Positions 24,801 through 40,200 of a stretch of 64,000 bases of DNA are shown one piece after another. The stretch lies in contig CP158635.1 of assembly GCA_050273025.1 (NCBI GenBank), forward strand, positions 6,758,001-6,822,000, read 5' to 3'. The first letter of the stretch is position 1; every line of letters starts with the position of its first letter. Source of the stretch: Cenococcum geophilum (taxonomy: Eukaryota). The notes beneath the pieces are model-generated. The model made no database searches and had not been told where the DNA came from. It saw nothing but the letters and a program-made list of their open reading frames with translations. The position numbers and the translations under genes were made by a program.

Positions 24801-27800
24801 TCTAATGCATTTATTTCTATAACTGTTTCTAGTCATAGTTAATAAATCTTAAGAACTAGCTCCTAGGTGAATAATTCTTTAACCTTTTTAAATAGCTCTT
24901 ATTATTCCTTTCCCCATATCTATATTTTTTCTTTCTTTATTAATCGCGTAAATAGTTTAATATTCTTTAACCATTAAGCTATAAACCTTCTACAGTAATT
25001 ACAGAACCCTAGAAATAACCTTAACTGTGTTATATTTTCTAGTTCTTACCAATTTACTATAGCCTTAATCTTCTTTAAATCTATACTAAGTTGGCCTAGT
25101 TTAATAATAAATCTAACGAAATCTATCTTCCTAGTAAAGAATTCGTATTTCTTAATTGCTACTAGTATCTGTTCTTCTTATAGTCTCTTTAAAACCCATT
25201 TAACGTGTTCTCTATATTTTCCCTTACTTATTAAGTAAATAATAATAATATTAAGGTATACCATAACAAATTTATCCAAGTATTCTCTTAATATATTATT
25301 AATACGCTTCTAAAACGTTACTGGTGCGTTTATAAGCCCGAATTATATAACTAATAGTTTATATAGTCCTTCCTTTAACCTAAAGGCTGCCTTTTATTCG
25401 TTGCCTTCCTTAATTCTAATCTAATGGTACGCCTATCTTAGATCTATCTTTATAAAGATTTACGCATTACCTATTCTATCTTAGATTTCGCTAATTAAGG
25501 GTAAAGAATACCTATCCTTCCTAGTGATGCTGTTTAACTATCTATAGTTAATACACAGCCTTAGTTTTTCATTCTTCTTTAGTATAAACAGTACTAGATA
25601 TCCCGCTAATAACTGCAATAGTCTAATATATCCCTTTTATAAGTTTTCCTAGATAAACTCTTTTAATACTCTACCTTCTTCTTTAGTAAGCTTATAGATT
25701 AAAAAGAACCTTAGACTTATTCCTAGTTCTAATTCTATTTTATAGTTCTATGCTATATACTCTAATAGCTTTTTACTCTCTAGTAACTATAGTTTCTTAC
25801 CGTACTTATAGTATCTCTTTAGTATATAACTTAAGCCTTGCTTAGTCTCTTTATATATTACTCTAACCTAGTACTATACCAACTTAGTTTATTATCGCAT
25901 CTTACGTTATTATATATCTCTAATATCAACTTAACCAGTAATTTAATTAATCTTTGGATTGTATTCCTAATACTGCCTTATTATTCCCTAATAGTAATAT
26001 ATTAAAAGACATTTCAATTTATCTCCCTTTAATGGTTATCTAAATTAGTCCTGTTTTAAGATTAATAATACCTCCTCTATAGGCTATTGGATCTCCTAAG
26101 ATTGTTACTAATAGGTAAGAATACTCCTTCTATCTATATAGTAACCCTATTCTTTTAACTACTGCTAGCAAGATATAGTTCCTTATTACTCCACTATCTA
26201 TTAATGCCTTAAACTGTTAATCTTACCATTTAACTTATAAATTTAGGTATTGTCCTTAAATTCCTTTAAGGGTCTAAGACTCTACCACTAGCTCCCTCTG
26301 GTCCTATAGGCCTCTACTTTTCCTAACTAGTGGCTGCTAGATCCTGTTTATACTTAGTCTAACTTAGGCTAATACTTAGTTTATTTCTTTTCTTTAATAT
26401 GCTATAGATAAGTATTTTCTAGATATTCCCACCATTGTTATCTATCTAGGCATTCTTCCGTAAGGAATCTTCCTAGTTAAAGTATTAAGTCCCTTTATTC
26501 TTAAACTTCTATAGGGTGCTAACTATATATATATTTAGCGTTTCTATACTTTACCTTATCTGGCGCCTAATATATCCTTACTAAGTATTTCTAGTTCTTA
26601 TCTTTTAGTGCTCTATATATATTGCACGCGTTATCTATATATATAATCTATACTAACGTATAATGCGCCTAGTATCTTAGGTTAACTCTTGGCTTATCTT
26701 TGTTCTTAAGTTTAAACTTTTCTTGTATTAATCTAAGCGTTATAACTTCACTCGCAGGTACTAAGATTCGCCTCTTGCTTCTCTAGTCCTCTAATTGCTC
26801 CTTTAGATCTTTTAATGTTATAATTAAGGCTCCCTTAATGTGATTTATCGCCTTTTCCGTAATTAGGTAGTTTTAGATAACTCTTTTATCTAGCCATATA
26901 TAGAAATCTTCCCACTTATTATTGTGCCTTTATTTATACCACTTTTAATACAGCTACTGGAGTATATATAGCTTGTCCATAAGGAAGTATCTTTTTATTA
27001 CTATATTATAACAGCCCTTTATATGTTATTCCTCGAACCTAGTTAAAATCCCTAAATCCTCTTCGTTTTCTAGTTTAATAAGCTACTTAGCTTTTAGTGT
27101 GCCTATTCTCAGCCTATTAGTAATTCTCTATACTAGTGCTCTGTCCTTTATACGTCCTAATATACTAGATCTCTTATCTAGTTTCTGTTCTTGCTATGCG
27201 ATAATTTTTGCTCTAAACTCGTCTATAGTTTCTTTTAGTTTACGTCTTACGGATTAATCCTTAAAGTCTTTTTACTTCTTAATCTTAATATTAACTTTTT
27301 AATCTTTAGGCTAAATACTACGTTCCCCTAGTAAGTCTTCTAGGTCTATATACCTATCTCCTAGTTAAATTGCTATTTATGCTATAGATTCTCTAATCTA
27401 TAAAGAAGCCCCTTGCCTCTTACTTATGGGTGTCCTGATTCGTACCCCAAATTCTTAATCCCTTAGATTCTTTAATCCCGAGCTTGCTTCTAACTTAAGC
27501 TTAGCTCTAGCCTTAATCCAATTAGGCTTACTTAGTGTTCTTATCTTATCTTAAGAGTCTTAAATCTTACTTATCTTATCTTAAGAGTCTTATGCCTTTA
27601 GAAAACTTTGTCCTAAGCTTATTCGTATATTGCTAAACTAAGCTATTACTCTCTCTTATTGGTTCTTGTCCGTTGTGGGTCCTTAAGTATACCTTATCTC
27701 GTCTTAAAAATCTTAGTCGTCTTATATCTTATTTTAAGAATCTTAAGCCTTTGGCCTTTTGCCTTTATTACGTGGTAAGCTAGCACTAGCAGTTATTTGC

Positions 27801-29814
27801 TTGCTTAATTGTCTCTAAATATTACTCCTTCCGTCTTATAAAGCGATGGATGCCGTATCTAATAGTGTTATAATACCTATTACTAAACCTTGCTCTATAG
27901 CGGTCTTAGTCTTTACTTCTATTATATTATTAAGGTTTAGATACCCCTAGTTAGTTCCTTTACTATCCTTATTACTGTTAATTAATAAGTACTCTAACTC
28001 TATTGTTATTGTTGCTAATTATTATCCGTATATTACTATAATATCTTAATCTAGCTTACAGAGTCGATCTTATTCTTTATCTAACTCTTTAGTTTCTTTA
28101 AGTCCTTTTAACTTTAGCTCCTATAGCCAATAGCTTATACTATACTTAGCGTCTTTATAAATTTGGCATGCGTTATTATAACAAAATGTAAAACTTCTAA
28201 TTAAATATTCTTTTATTCCTTATAGCGTACTATTATCCCTCTATACGTATATATCGCATACTACTAGTCTAGTTCCCTTTACTATATAATAACTCTAACC
28301 ACTTCTATAGTCTCTAGTAAAATAACCCTATTTTCCGTAATTTATATAAGCTCTGTTTTTAAACCATTGCTTTTATTATAGAGTCCGCTTAAATATCTTC
28401 TGCTACTAAGATCCTTAGTTTAGCCTATGCTCCCTAGTCCTATAATTACTTAATCCTTAACCTCTAGGTTTCTATAGTTTCTTACTCCATCTCTTATAGG
28501 TTTCTTTAGTACCACTTAGGTCTATTAGCTTTGCGCCATACCATAGTTTCTAACTTAGCTTTAGTTATTACGTGCTCTACGTCTTATATAACTATAGAAC
28601 TTTATCCTAACCCTTCTTAGTCTATTCCCTTTAGTAGATCCTATTATTAATCTTTATCGCTTAATTTATTAGTTCCTTTAGGGTATCCGCATCTTCTATT
28701 AGAATAATTACGTCCTAGACTTTAGCCTTAAGTCCTTGCTTATACTATGCTATAAGCGCCCTATTATTCCACTTAACTTATATTACTAGCGTTTAGAACT
28801 ATATTATATACTTAATTGCTAAGGTTCGTTATATAATGTCTTAGAGTTTTTTTTTTACTATAGTCGTTACCTTTAAGTCTCTAAACATTTGTATAAGTCG
28901 TTCTACAAATCCGTTCTAGCTTAAAAACATAACCCGTACTTCTTGGTTTATTATTATTATTTTATTTACTTATATCTCTATAAGGTAAGGCTTAAACCAT
29001 TTAAGCGCTCTTCTTAATAAAAACAATCCTGCGTATGCTACTTAATCCATAGTTATTGCTAGCTTTACTCCCTCTTATATAACCTTAAAGTGCATTTGCG
29101 TAAGGAATCCTTTAAGCTTTAATCTCTCTCCTAAGAATCTTTTAATTGATAGTAGCTTAACCTTTACTACGCCTATTCCATTAATCCTATTTTTAAGTAC
29201 TATATTATCTCCTATTAACTAGTTAACTATTGCTTATAATTGTTTTACTGTCATAGGTTGTTATAAGTTAGTGTCTGCTATATTAGTATCGTTACCTAAT
29301 CTTAACATAGTTGCCGCCGTTAATGGCGTCGTAGTGGCTGCTTTTAGTGGCATGTTATTTAACTTATTAAAACTATAACCGTGGTAGTAATTGTATAACG
29401 GAGCCTTATAGTAAGAACTACGGTGGACTCGTTAATGGGCTAGGTATATAGGTATTACAAGTAAGTTAATAATATAATAATAACTGGTAGAGTGGTTGCC
29501 TAATAGATTAACTCTAATTATATTCTGAGAATTACTATAAGGAAGGAACTATCTAGGTAGGAACTAAGGGTCCTTAAATACACAACCGTGCTCCTATAAA
29601 ATCCTCCTTATACGTGATATACGTAAGGTACGTAAGGTACGCGAGTTCCTCTCGTTCCTTATATTTAATACGTAGCACGTTATATAACCTCGGTTACTAT
29701 TCCTCGTCATATGGTTCCACGGGTTCCATTCTGGACCGTGCTTGTATTAACCAACTAGCTTCTTCCAACTCTTCTCCAAGTAGTCGTAACATTGTACTTA
29801 AAGCGTCCGTAACA
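21837..29814 (-). mobile_element. Gypsy B: full-length Ty3/Gypsy chromovirus, 421-bp LTRs (21837-22257, 29394-29814), TSD TAAAA
   Basis: TG..CA LTRs with a 5-bp TSD and a PPT next to 22258. The gag ATG is at 29353. RT (PFGL, VYL[D]D-derived), RNase H, integrase and chromodomain occur in Gypsy order. Confidence 0.95.
22400..22990 (+). pseudogene. Antisense ORF in the Gypsy B 3' region with a Cys6 (Zn2Cys6-like) motif
   Basis: MLSPYSRYLKERLVYIALAS...SFYLECTKVNI*LSYNV de-RIPs to C-x2-C-x6-C-x12-C-x2-C-x7-C. A homologous antisense ORF lies in Gypsy A at ~50160-50680. Confidence 0.6.
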
Positions 29815-31107
29815 TAAAAGAAGCTTAAGATTCCTAAAACGAGATAAGATAAGCTTAAGGACCTATAATAAATAAAAATTAATAGAGTAGAGTAACGGCT
29901 TAGTTTAAAGATAAATTAATAAGTATAGGATAAAGGTTTTTAGGGTACTAAGATTCTTAAGACAAGATAAGGGCACTATAAATACCTAAATAGACCAAGG
30001 CAGGAGCGTAACTTAAGAAAGAAGTAAGCTTAGGATTAGAAGCACCTATACTAGGTAAATAAAATATTTAGCTTTAGAGTTAAATAGTTAATACTAGAAT
30101 TACAAAATTTAAGAATTTAAAGGATTTAATAGCTAGATATAAACTAGGAGAAGACTAAAAAAGAGTTAAGAATTAAATTAAAGCGTGGTAAAAACAGTAA
30201 GGATATTACAGACCAATAATACTAGGTAAGCTAAAAATAGCCTTAAGGAAGGTTATTAATAGGCCTAAGGTAGGCACGCTAAGAGTAAAATAGCTTAAAA
30301 AACTAGAATAAGAAGAGAACTTAGGAGTTTTAACTAGATTTAAAGAATAGTATATAAAGGGCTATTATAAAGCAGTAATAATAAGATATTTCCTTATAGA
30401 TAGATTATATACGCTTATAGAGCTATACTAAAAGTAGTATAGGCAGCGATATAATAATAGTTAGGAAGATTTTTACTTATAGCTAAACTAAAGAGTTATC
30501 TAAGACTAAGCAATTATAGAAAGGCGTATAAGTTATATTAAGGGAGCATTAATTATAACATTTAAAAACCTAGAAGAAAGATTAGAGGACTAAAGTTAAG
30601 AAAGATAGATTTTAGTACCTATAAATAAGAGATTAACGTTTAGATTAGCTAGATAAAGGTTTAAACTTAAAAGTAAAAATAAGCTAAGAGTTAACCTAAA
30701 ATACCTAGCATATTATATATTAGCATAGATTATATATATAGATAATATATATAATATACACAAAAGCCTATTAAAAAAAGTACCTAATTAGGATATATTA
30801 GGCGCTAAATAAGCAATAATATAGGAATACTAAGTATATATATAGCTAGTATTTAATAGAAGTTTAAAAGTTAGATAACTTAATACTTTAACTAAAAAGA
30901 TTCCTTATAAAAGAATATTTAAATAGATAATAGTAGTAAAAGTGCCTAAAGAATATATATCTATAGTATATTAAGGATAAGAAGCGAACTAGGTATTAGC
31001 TAAAGAATAAGCTAAGTATATAAGGATTAAGTAGCTAATAGTTAGGAAAAGTAAAGGCCTATAAAACTAGAGGGAGCTAATAATAGAGTATTAAACCCTT
31101 AAAGGAA

Positions 31108-34100
31108 TGTCGGGAATGAGGCAAGTTGCCGTCACGTGATGGCAAGTTGCCATCACGTGTTGCCGCGGCACTAGCGTGGCGAGGAGCCTTACGTTCCTCG
31201 CCCTTCCTCATTCTAAATTAATAAGCTTTATTAACTAATATCACTATAACCCTACTTAAGTAGTTATTATTGGTGAGTTACCCTATATAACCAACACTAA
31301 TTAGTGGTTAAATATATAGTTAACTATAGAGCAGCTAGGTTTTTAAATAGAAGAGATAGTCTTATATAGGGGTGCTATATATACTTATATAGAATGGATC
31401 CTGGCGATACTATACTACCTTAGACTTACGGAAAACTAGTAATAAAAGTATTACTAAGTACTAGGAGATACTAAGTTGCGTCTATTATATAGAACAACCG
31501 CGTTTATAAAGATTTAGTTAAGTACTTTAGGTTAGGAGTGTTACTAAACCTAGGGTCCTAAGTTAACGTCCAAAACGCGTTAAACAACATCTTAAATTGC
31601 TTACCTCTTAATAGCAAACCTATAAGATCCTATAAAACCGAAAATCCTACCTACCTTTAACGTATAATACCCCGTTAATTCTATACCTACTATAGCGTTA
31701 ACCTACCCAAAGAAGTATAAGGAAGATATTAACCTAAAAACATAGAATAAAGCTATAATTAACCTTGTAAACGCTAATAAATAAGACTTAAATGGATTTT
31801 TATTATACCGTATGGCATATTGTAAGGACAGTAAATATAATAATACCGCGCTATAGGAATGTATAAAGGAGGACTTTATTAGATAAATAAAGAAAATATA
31901 GGCCCCTATAAATAAGGATATTATATAGGACTTCTATAACTTCCTTTAGGAGAATAGAGTATTTGTCCCTAAGGACGGGGGTACTATTAGAGATAATATT
32001 TAGGAGCAGGTTATTAACGTAAAAGAAGAGCATAAATAGACTTTATAAGAGATTAAGCACCAACTACGCACTATAAGGAAGCTTAACTTATAATGGAACC
32101 TAAGTAATATACCTTTAGAGACGAACCTACCTCCGCCTTTAACTCCTCTATATCTAATTTAACCCGTAACCTTAATGTTAGATACTATACCCTAATAAAA
32201 GTAGGCACAGGATCCCATTACTTCGCGATTTAACGACCTTTAGACTCCACTAACTAGACCTACGTCCCTACTACAGCCTGTAATACAACCCCTACCTCCT
32301 CTATTTTAATCTTAAATTAGAGGTAGTTTAAAATTGCTTACAGAGCTTGCAAAGCTCTATTTAAATTAGGAGAAGAAGTTTAGTAGGGAATTATATAATA
32401 TTCTTAATTTAAAACTATATATCTTCTATAACTATTACTAGAAGGTAGGAATAGAGTCTAATTAATATCACAACGCCTATTCCGTTATGCTTAAGGGCCA
32501 AGCTAGTACCTTTTATTATAATTATTTGGCAGGAAAAGGATATAATTTTAACCGTATAATATATAAGTTAAGATATTACTTTAAAATAGAAGAGAATAAG
32601 TAGCAGTATATGTTAGAATGGAGAGAAACTACCTTCCTAAGGATCATTGCTATAAACCCAGGTATCCCTCGGCTTAATTATCTTTAAAAGCTCTTTAATT
32701 AACTTTAGACGATTTAGTATAGATTATCCGAATTATATTAAAAGGACTTTAGCCTATATAATTAAGTCATTAGCATATGCTAAGGTGTTAAAGAATGTAA
32801 CCTTACTCTCTTTAATCCTGTAAATATTTATAAAGGAGTGTATACTTAATTAAGATCTTCTATTAGCACCGCTCTACGCTCTTAAAAAGTATAGTAATTT
32901 AACACCTAACTCTAACCTACTTTAATTAACCCGCCTAACTAATATAATTATAACTGGATTGATTAAATATATGGTGGCCGGGGTAGGTAATATAGTAGAG
33001 GGTATAATTAACAACTACGAGGTAAAGGTGGAGGCCCTTATAGAGGTTTATTTTAAAGTAATTATTAAAAAAAGTGCTATGTTTATAAGAAACCGAATTA
33101 CTAGTTAACTAGGCATTCTCTTAATAAGCGAAAGGAGGCATATAATAAGTTTCGCTAAAGTATAAGAAATGTTAGAAATTATAAGGTTACTACAGCCTAC
33201 TTTTAAAGCTTCCTAGTTTAATATAAAGGCGTAGAAGATCTTAAGGGTAAGGTTAATAAGGCTAAACAGCTCCTTATAGATATGGAAATTAAGAAGTACT
33301 TACCTGACTAATACTTTACTAAGTATAGTAAGGTAGATGGCATATAAACCGTTACTATTCTTAATAACTAATCTACGCTCTATTTTACTATAAAGTTAAA
33401 TATCTTTAATAAGTTAAGGGAGAGTTCCGCGTTTTCCTTTAATAATAGATACTCGGCGAACGTCTTCTATAGTATTATACTAGATACTAGAGCCGTAGGA
33501 GTATCTATAATAGGAGAACCTTAAGTTTAAGCCCTTTAGCAGCTTAATAGCTCTATTTAGATTAACTATTTAACGGTAGGCTAATACACGATTTGTTTTA
33601 GTAAGGGTACTGCGATTTCTTTTAGCATAATTAGGGTCTAAACCCCCTTAGGGTATATTACCTTTTACGTTATTTCTATAAACACCCTATTTCTATTTTA
33701 TATTAGAGATATAAATAAATTAGGCGTTAAGCTTAATAACCTTAAGGATATACTTATTTAGGGAGATAATTAGGTGCCCGTTATGCGCAAGTAGGGTTAC
33801 CCTTAGTTACTCCTTTATTAACTAGAAAAGAGTGTTACTTAGAGCCACCTAACTAAGTTAGAGTTACGTTAACTATACCGTCGTTTTAGCCACCTATCCG
33901 TTTATTAATTACTTAGGGTTCTTTAGCGAGCAGGCTATAAAGTTAAGGTTAAGGCAATTAAGCATCTTATAAAGTACTGCTATTACTACTAAATAAACTA
34001 AAAGTCCCCTGGCCGATTTAAGTTTACCCTTAAAGATAACTATAACTTTAACTTCTGTATTATTATTAACGTTATATATTTTAGCGGCAAGCTAGTACTC

Positions 34101-37100
34101 TAAGTTATTAACTTCTTAACCTCCTTCTAAGCCGTACAATTCTTAAAGGATATATTAGCTAAGAATATATAGGATACCCTTTAATTATACTAAATTAATG
34201 TTTACCTAGGACCCCCTAATTAAATTGTCTATAATATAGGAAAGAACTTCTTATCTATAGAGTTTTAATAATAGATAAAGGTAATAGTAATTAAGGTTAA
34301 GGAAGTCCCTATTAAGGTATATAATAGCGTTAGAAAAGTAGAGTAATATTATACGCTATTATACCGCGTATATAAGATTATCTCTTTAAAACTAGAGGAC
34401 GCTAGTAAAGAATTTACCTTATAAATAGCTGTTAAAGCTATTAATAATTCCGCTGGCCCGGATAGACTTATACCTATATTACTAGTCTTTAGCGCCTACC
34501 CTTAAATAACTAACAATTCTTTACTATCTCCCTCCGTTATATAATAAGCTAAGGCTATTTATAAGGCAACGAAGGAGGTATAACGTCTCTACGCTATACG
34601 CTAGGTTAATAACGCACTAGGAATAAGAAATGGCCTAAATACCTTAACTACGCTTAATCTGCCACTTTAGTCTAAGGTAAACATATAGTGTAAAAAGGGA
34701 GGGTGGTTAGGCCTATATTAACTTATTATAATTAATAGTTAAACTTATACTATTTAGATGCCTTATAGACCCACTTAATTCCGTTTAACTGTTATTAAGC
34801 CTTGCTGTGGGGGTAGTAGTTCTAAGCCTTTATAGGATGCCCTAAAAGAGGCCCTAAAGGAGAACTATAATTAACGTACTCTAGAAGGCGACTATAATTC
34901 TAATATAATTATAGTAGATACGCCGCAACTATAACGCGGTAGAGGTCGCCTAAAGGGATTATAAAATTACTAATATCTTATTAATTTTAAAGAGCAATTC
35001 GTTGCCGCTATTAAGAATAGAGCTAAGCTATTAATGGCCTTTATAACAGCTAAGGAGAAGGCTAACTTTAAACTTGCAAAATAGCTCTAAAAGGAAGGTC
35101 GTATTATAACTCTAGGAGCTCCTTTTTAAGCATTTAATAAGTAGGAAATTAATAGTCTTATTATAAGAGGAGTCTTTAAATTTAAGAAGTATAACCCTAC
35201 TAAGTTTAATGAAGTTCGTATCTTTAAGTTAAGGATAGTTAATAAGATTAAGGGTAAAGCTATTAACGCCCCATTTAAGAAATTAAGGCTTATTATTTAA
35301 GGTTATAATAATAATAGTAAAGAGATAATTTTTATATAATCTTCTACGATTTAACAAGCTAGTCAGCGAGTTATTATTATATTAGCTCCCTCCTTAATAA
35401 AGAATAGAATGGCGGTTTATTTATAAGATATTACTTAAGCCTATACCTAATTAGAGACGCACCTTTAGCGCTTAATATTAGTATACCTTCCGGAGCAAAT
35501 TTGCTACCAGTATCCTAAAGATATAATTATAGTTATACTTAAGCCATTATATAAAATTATAGAGGTAGGAACTTACTAGTGGGCTACCTATAGCAAGTAC
35601 TATAAAGAGAAGCTTTTAATAACTACTTCTATATTTAATCCCTGCTTCCTTATTATAACTATAGGAACCCTATTTAGAATTATTAGTATATAAACTAATA
35701 ATATAATTATCTTAGGAGACGACTAATTCTTAGCTCTTAAAGAGGATAAGCTAGTAAAGGTAAATCTTATAGTAAAGCTAAAGAAAAAGCTTAATTTAAT
35801 AATACCATTACTTTTTAATAGATGTATCCTCTCCCTAAATAAGGATTCTATTGCTTTGCGCCAGAAGGGTTAAAGTAAAAAGATTAACGTTATTAATGTT
35901 GATTCCCTAAAGTAAGGATATGTGGAGTAACGCGCTTGTAGAGCTTATATTACTTTTATCTATTAACCTAAGGCTTTATTTAATCTCTCTATTGCCGCCT
36001 AATACTAGAAACTAACTAAGGACGATATTCTTGCCCTAAATAAACGTCTTTCCTAGTAAATGAACCATCTTAATTGGGGACTACTCTATATACCTATTAA
36101 TCTTCCTACTGCTAAGCTCTTTATATTTATTAATAGATCGTTTGTAAATAATAAAGATTTTAGCTCCTAGTTAGGATATAAGATTATTATTATAAATAAA
36201 TTTATAGGAGAGAATAACTTTATAATCTATGGCAATCTTATCTATTAGAGCTTAACTAAGAGCAAGCGCATTACTTAAAGTGTTTTGGTGTTAGAGATAT
36301 ATAGAATAGTTAGCGGAGTTAATATAGTAATTGCAATTGGAACTACCTTAAAAATAATTATAGATTAACTTAAACTTTCCGTTATCCCTATAATTATATA
36401 CACTAACTTATATTCCCTCTATAAGTATTTAGTTAAGCTTAGTACTATAAAGGAGAAGCGCCTTATAATTAATATTATAGCACTTTAGTAATCCTATAAG
36501 CGTTAAGAACTCTTTAAAATTTAATAAATTAATAGCTAAGATAACCTAGTAGATATAATAATAAAGGCGAACCTAAATAAGGTACTAAAGATATTTGTTA
36601 ATATAAATACTTTACGTATATAAGTTAAAGGTTAGGTTAAAAGGGAGTCCTTAGAAATTTCTTAGTTATATAAGGTCTTAAGATATCTAGGAACTTTAAC
36701 CGGCGGTTAAAGTTATCTAATTAGTTAGATTCTCTTGCTAAGACTTTTTAGGAGGGGGGATTTTATAAACCCTAACTTAACCTAGCCAATTAGGATTTTC
36801 TATCCCTAGGATAGAAAATCGCTATTAGCTCGCTTACTACTAGCGCCTTAGCGGCCCTTTAAATAAAATATCTACCTACGACTTCTAAGTAAGAGAGCTA
36901 CGTGCTAAAAGGCAAATTTTAGGACAGTAAGACTTATATTATAATAGCAATAGTAAGTAAGGAGGATTTATATTTGTTATAATAGTTAAGCAGTATTTAT
37001 CTATAGATGGTAACTATAAAAGAAGAGTTGCTAGTGTCGGGAATGAGGCAAGTTGCCGTCACGTACGGCAAACTGCCGTCACGTAATGGCAAGTTGCCAT

Positions 37101-37243
37101 CACGTGTCGCCACGGCACTAGCGTGGCGAGGAGCCTTACGTTCCTTGCCCTTCCTCATTCCAAATTAATAAGCTTTATTAACCAACACCACTATAACCCT
37201 ACTCGAGTAGTCGTTATTGGTGAGTCACTCTGTATAACCAACA
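31108..37243 (+). mobile_element. Copia 1: full-length Ty1/Copia LTR retrotransposon, LTRs 31108-31296 and 37035-37243, TSD AGGAA
   Basis: TG..CA LTRs with a 5-bp TSD. The order is gag, protease, integrase (ELR*LYRRFSHLS, KSPGRFKFTL), RT (KLRLII*GY, DIT*AYT*, KPLY) and RNase H (FINRSFVNNKDFSS*LGY). Confidence 0.95.
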
Positions 37244-40200
37244 AGGAATTTAAAAACAATACCTAAATCTATAAGTTAATTAGTAAGATTAATAGTTTAA
37301 AGTATTAATAGATAGTGGAGTAATAAGGAACTATATTTTACTAATAATAGTAAAAAGAATAGGGCTACCGTATAGGTAAAAGAGGTACCCTTATCCGTTA
37401 GTTATAATTTTAGGAGATTTAATAGCCTATAGAGGAGGTATTATAAATATTAAAATAGGACTAATTTAGTTAACTATTAAAAGAAGATAAATTAAGATAT
37501 CTTTTAATATCCTACTATTAGGACAAGATAAGGCAGTATTAAAAATGCTTTAGTTACAGAAATATAATCTAAAGATTAATTAGGTTATAGATTAAGTTAA
37601 TATTAAAGATACTTAATAACACAAGAGGCGTATAGCAACTAAGTTAGTATAGTACTAATTTAGAGTAATATATAAGGAAACCAAGAAAGGGTTATCCTAT
37701 ATACTAAAAAGATACTATAAGTATAGTAAAAAGCTATAAAGCCTAAAAAGTAAAAAGCTGTAAAAATATATAGTATAGGACTATAAGATAGAATTAGAAC
37801 TAGGAATAAGTCTAAAGTTCTTTTTAATCTATAAACTAACTAAAGAAGAGTTAAGAGTACTTAAGGAGTTTATTTAAAAGAACCTTCAAAAGGGATATAT
37901 TAAATTATTATAGTTATTAGTAGGATATCTAGTACTATTTATATTAAGGAAAAATAGGAAACTTAGGCTATATATTAACTATAGATAGTTAAATAGCATT
38001 ACTAGGAAGAATAGATATTTTTTACCCTTAACTAGTAAGATTTAAGATCGGATAAGTAATATATAAATCTTTATAAAAATAGATCTAAAATAGGTATACC
38101 ATTAAATTAGGATTAAGAAGGGCAATAAATAAATATTAGGTAAAACCTAAGTAGATAGTTATATAGCCGTAAGGTATAGGCGACCCTAGGGCAACCTAGG
38201 GGTGACTTACCTATAAGGTACGTGCTCTGCACGTGCCTAGGAAAAACCCTTCCTACCTTATATACAGACTCCTCCTTTTCCCTTAAGGATTTGTCTCTGT
38301 CTATATAATATACCTATTATTCTATTATTAGACTCCCTATCTATATTCTTACCTTATATTTAAATCCTTACTAATCCCCTTAGGAGGATAGCCGGTTTAA
38401 TTTTTCTATAATGCCTCTAAAAAGAAAACTAACGCCTATATCTAATGGTAATACGCTAGCAATATAACTATAAAACGCCTTAGGATCTAGTATAGACGAA
38501 ACCGCTAAAAGTATACTAGTAGCATCTAAGCCACCTTCTAAACCTTAAAACGATTAGATATCTATAAACGTTAAAAACTAGTTTAACTTATATACCTAGG
38601 CTTAATAGAAGCTTAGTAAGGTTATTAGCGTCCTACCTAATACCGCTAATATAAAGGAGCTAGATAAGCTAGCTAAGAAAATAGCTAACTTATAGAGTAT
38701 TATCAATTTAATAAAGCCCTCCCGTCGCCTTTTTAGTAAAGAGTATAAGTTATGTAGCGAACGCATACGCCGATTAAATCTCAACGCCCTAGTTAAGAAG
38801 TTACTACCTAATATTAGCGGTATTACTTAACAGCATTTTAATTGGTGGATTGCCGCAGTTAAGAACTAATTTAAGGTTAATAACGCTAACTATAACTATA
38901 AGCGATGCACGCGCTAGGCCATTAAAGGTCTTATAAAAGAAAAGATAATCGCCTAACTAGTTTATTGCCGGTTAGGTACTAAGGATAAGGGTCCTTTACT
39001 ATAGGATAAGTTTAAGACTATAGTCTAAGACTAGATTAGGAACCCTATAGTAAGACGCTTTAATAACGCTATAATATACTATACGGCTATTATAAAGGAG
39101 AACTGGAGGTTTAACGTCTTCCTAGCCTATATATATAGCTTAGAGGACCTCTTCTCTTATACCCCTTTTATTAATCCTAAATAATAGGTAGACTTTTAGT
39201 TCTTATATTTCCTAGCCTATCTATAAGCAGAGCTCTTTTGCCAGAACTTCGCCTAATAGGTAAGAATTACTAAAGACCTCTTTAACAAAATTCACTGTGT
39301 AGAGTAATTACTTAATACCATAAAGCTTACAGAAGATTGCGTAAGTAGTAGCGGTAAATTATTATATAAAAAGCGCGGTTGCAGTATAGGCTTTATAGAC
39401 TTAGGCTTAGGGAATGGAACCTAAAAAGGGCGACGCTTTTCTAAGTAAACTTCTATGGAGATTACCTAAAAGCCAGATAGCTTAGGGGACCCCCTAAATG
39501 CTAGTGCTACGTAGGTAAGTTAAAGGACTGCAGGCGGCCACTATAAGAAATACTAGAAGTAGGCTAATAAAGAAAAATCAGCTCGGCCTTTAGAAAACCT
39601 AAAGCCCTAGTAGCGTATCTCTCTTAACTGTAACTAGGGCCTAATATAGAGGGAAAGAAGAAACGTATTATAGTATATATTGCGATAGATACGCCCTAGG
39701 GTAAAATCCGCCTACGTGCTTTATATAATAATAGGTACCAAATTAACCTTATTAATTAAGGCGTTATCTATAGGTTTAACCTACCTATACACTACGCGCT
39801 ACGTTTACGTAAACCTATTATATATTTCCTTAATAGCAACTAGATAATAATCTGGGATACTTATAATCTAATAGTTACCACTAGCGACTTCTAGGGTACC
39901 TCTCGCACTATCGGCCCGTAGACCTTTTAAGGCGGCTTATTTAATAGTTATAATATAGTTCTTAAATAGGATTAGCTCGCAAAAGTAGGTTTATTAATTA
40001 GCTTCCGTTCTAGATAGTTTATCTAGGGTACTTTAGACCCTAGACGCCTTTAAATAGTTACCCTTAACGCTCTCCTAGCAGATATTAAGGCTAGTAAAAT
40101 AGTCTATTTACTATAGCTAAAAGACTCCTTTTTTATACCGGTTATAAATATAATAAAGGACCTATTGTTATTAGTAGCGAGTACCTATACAAACTCTCCG

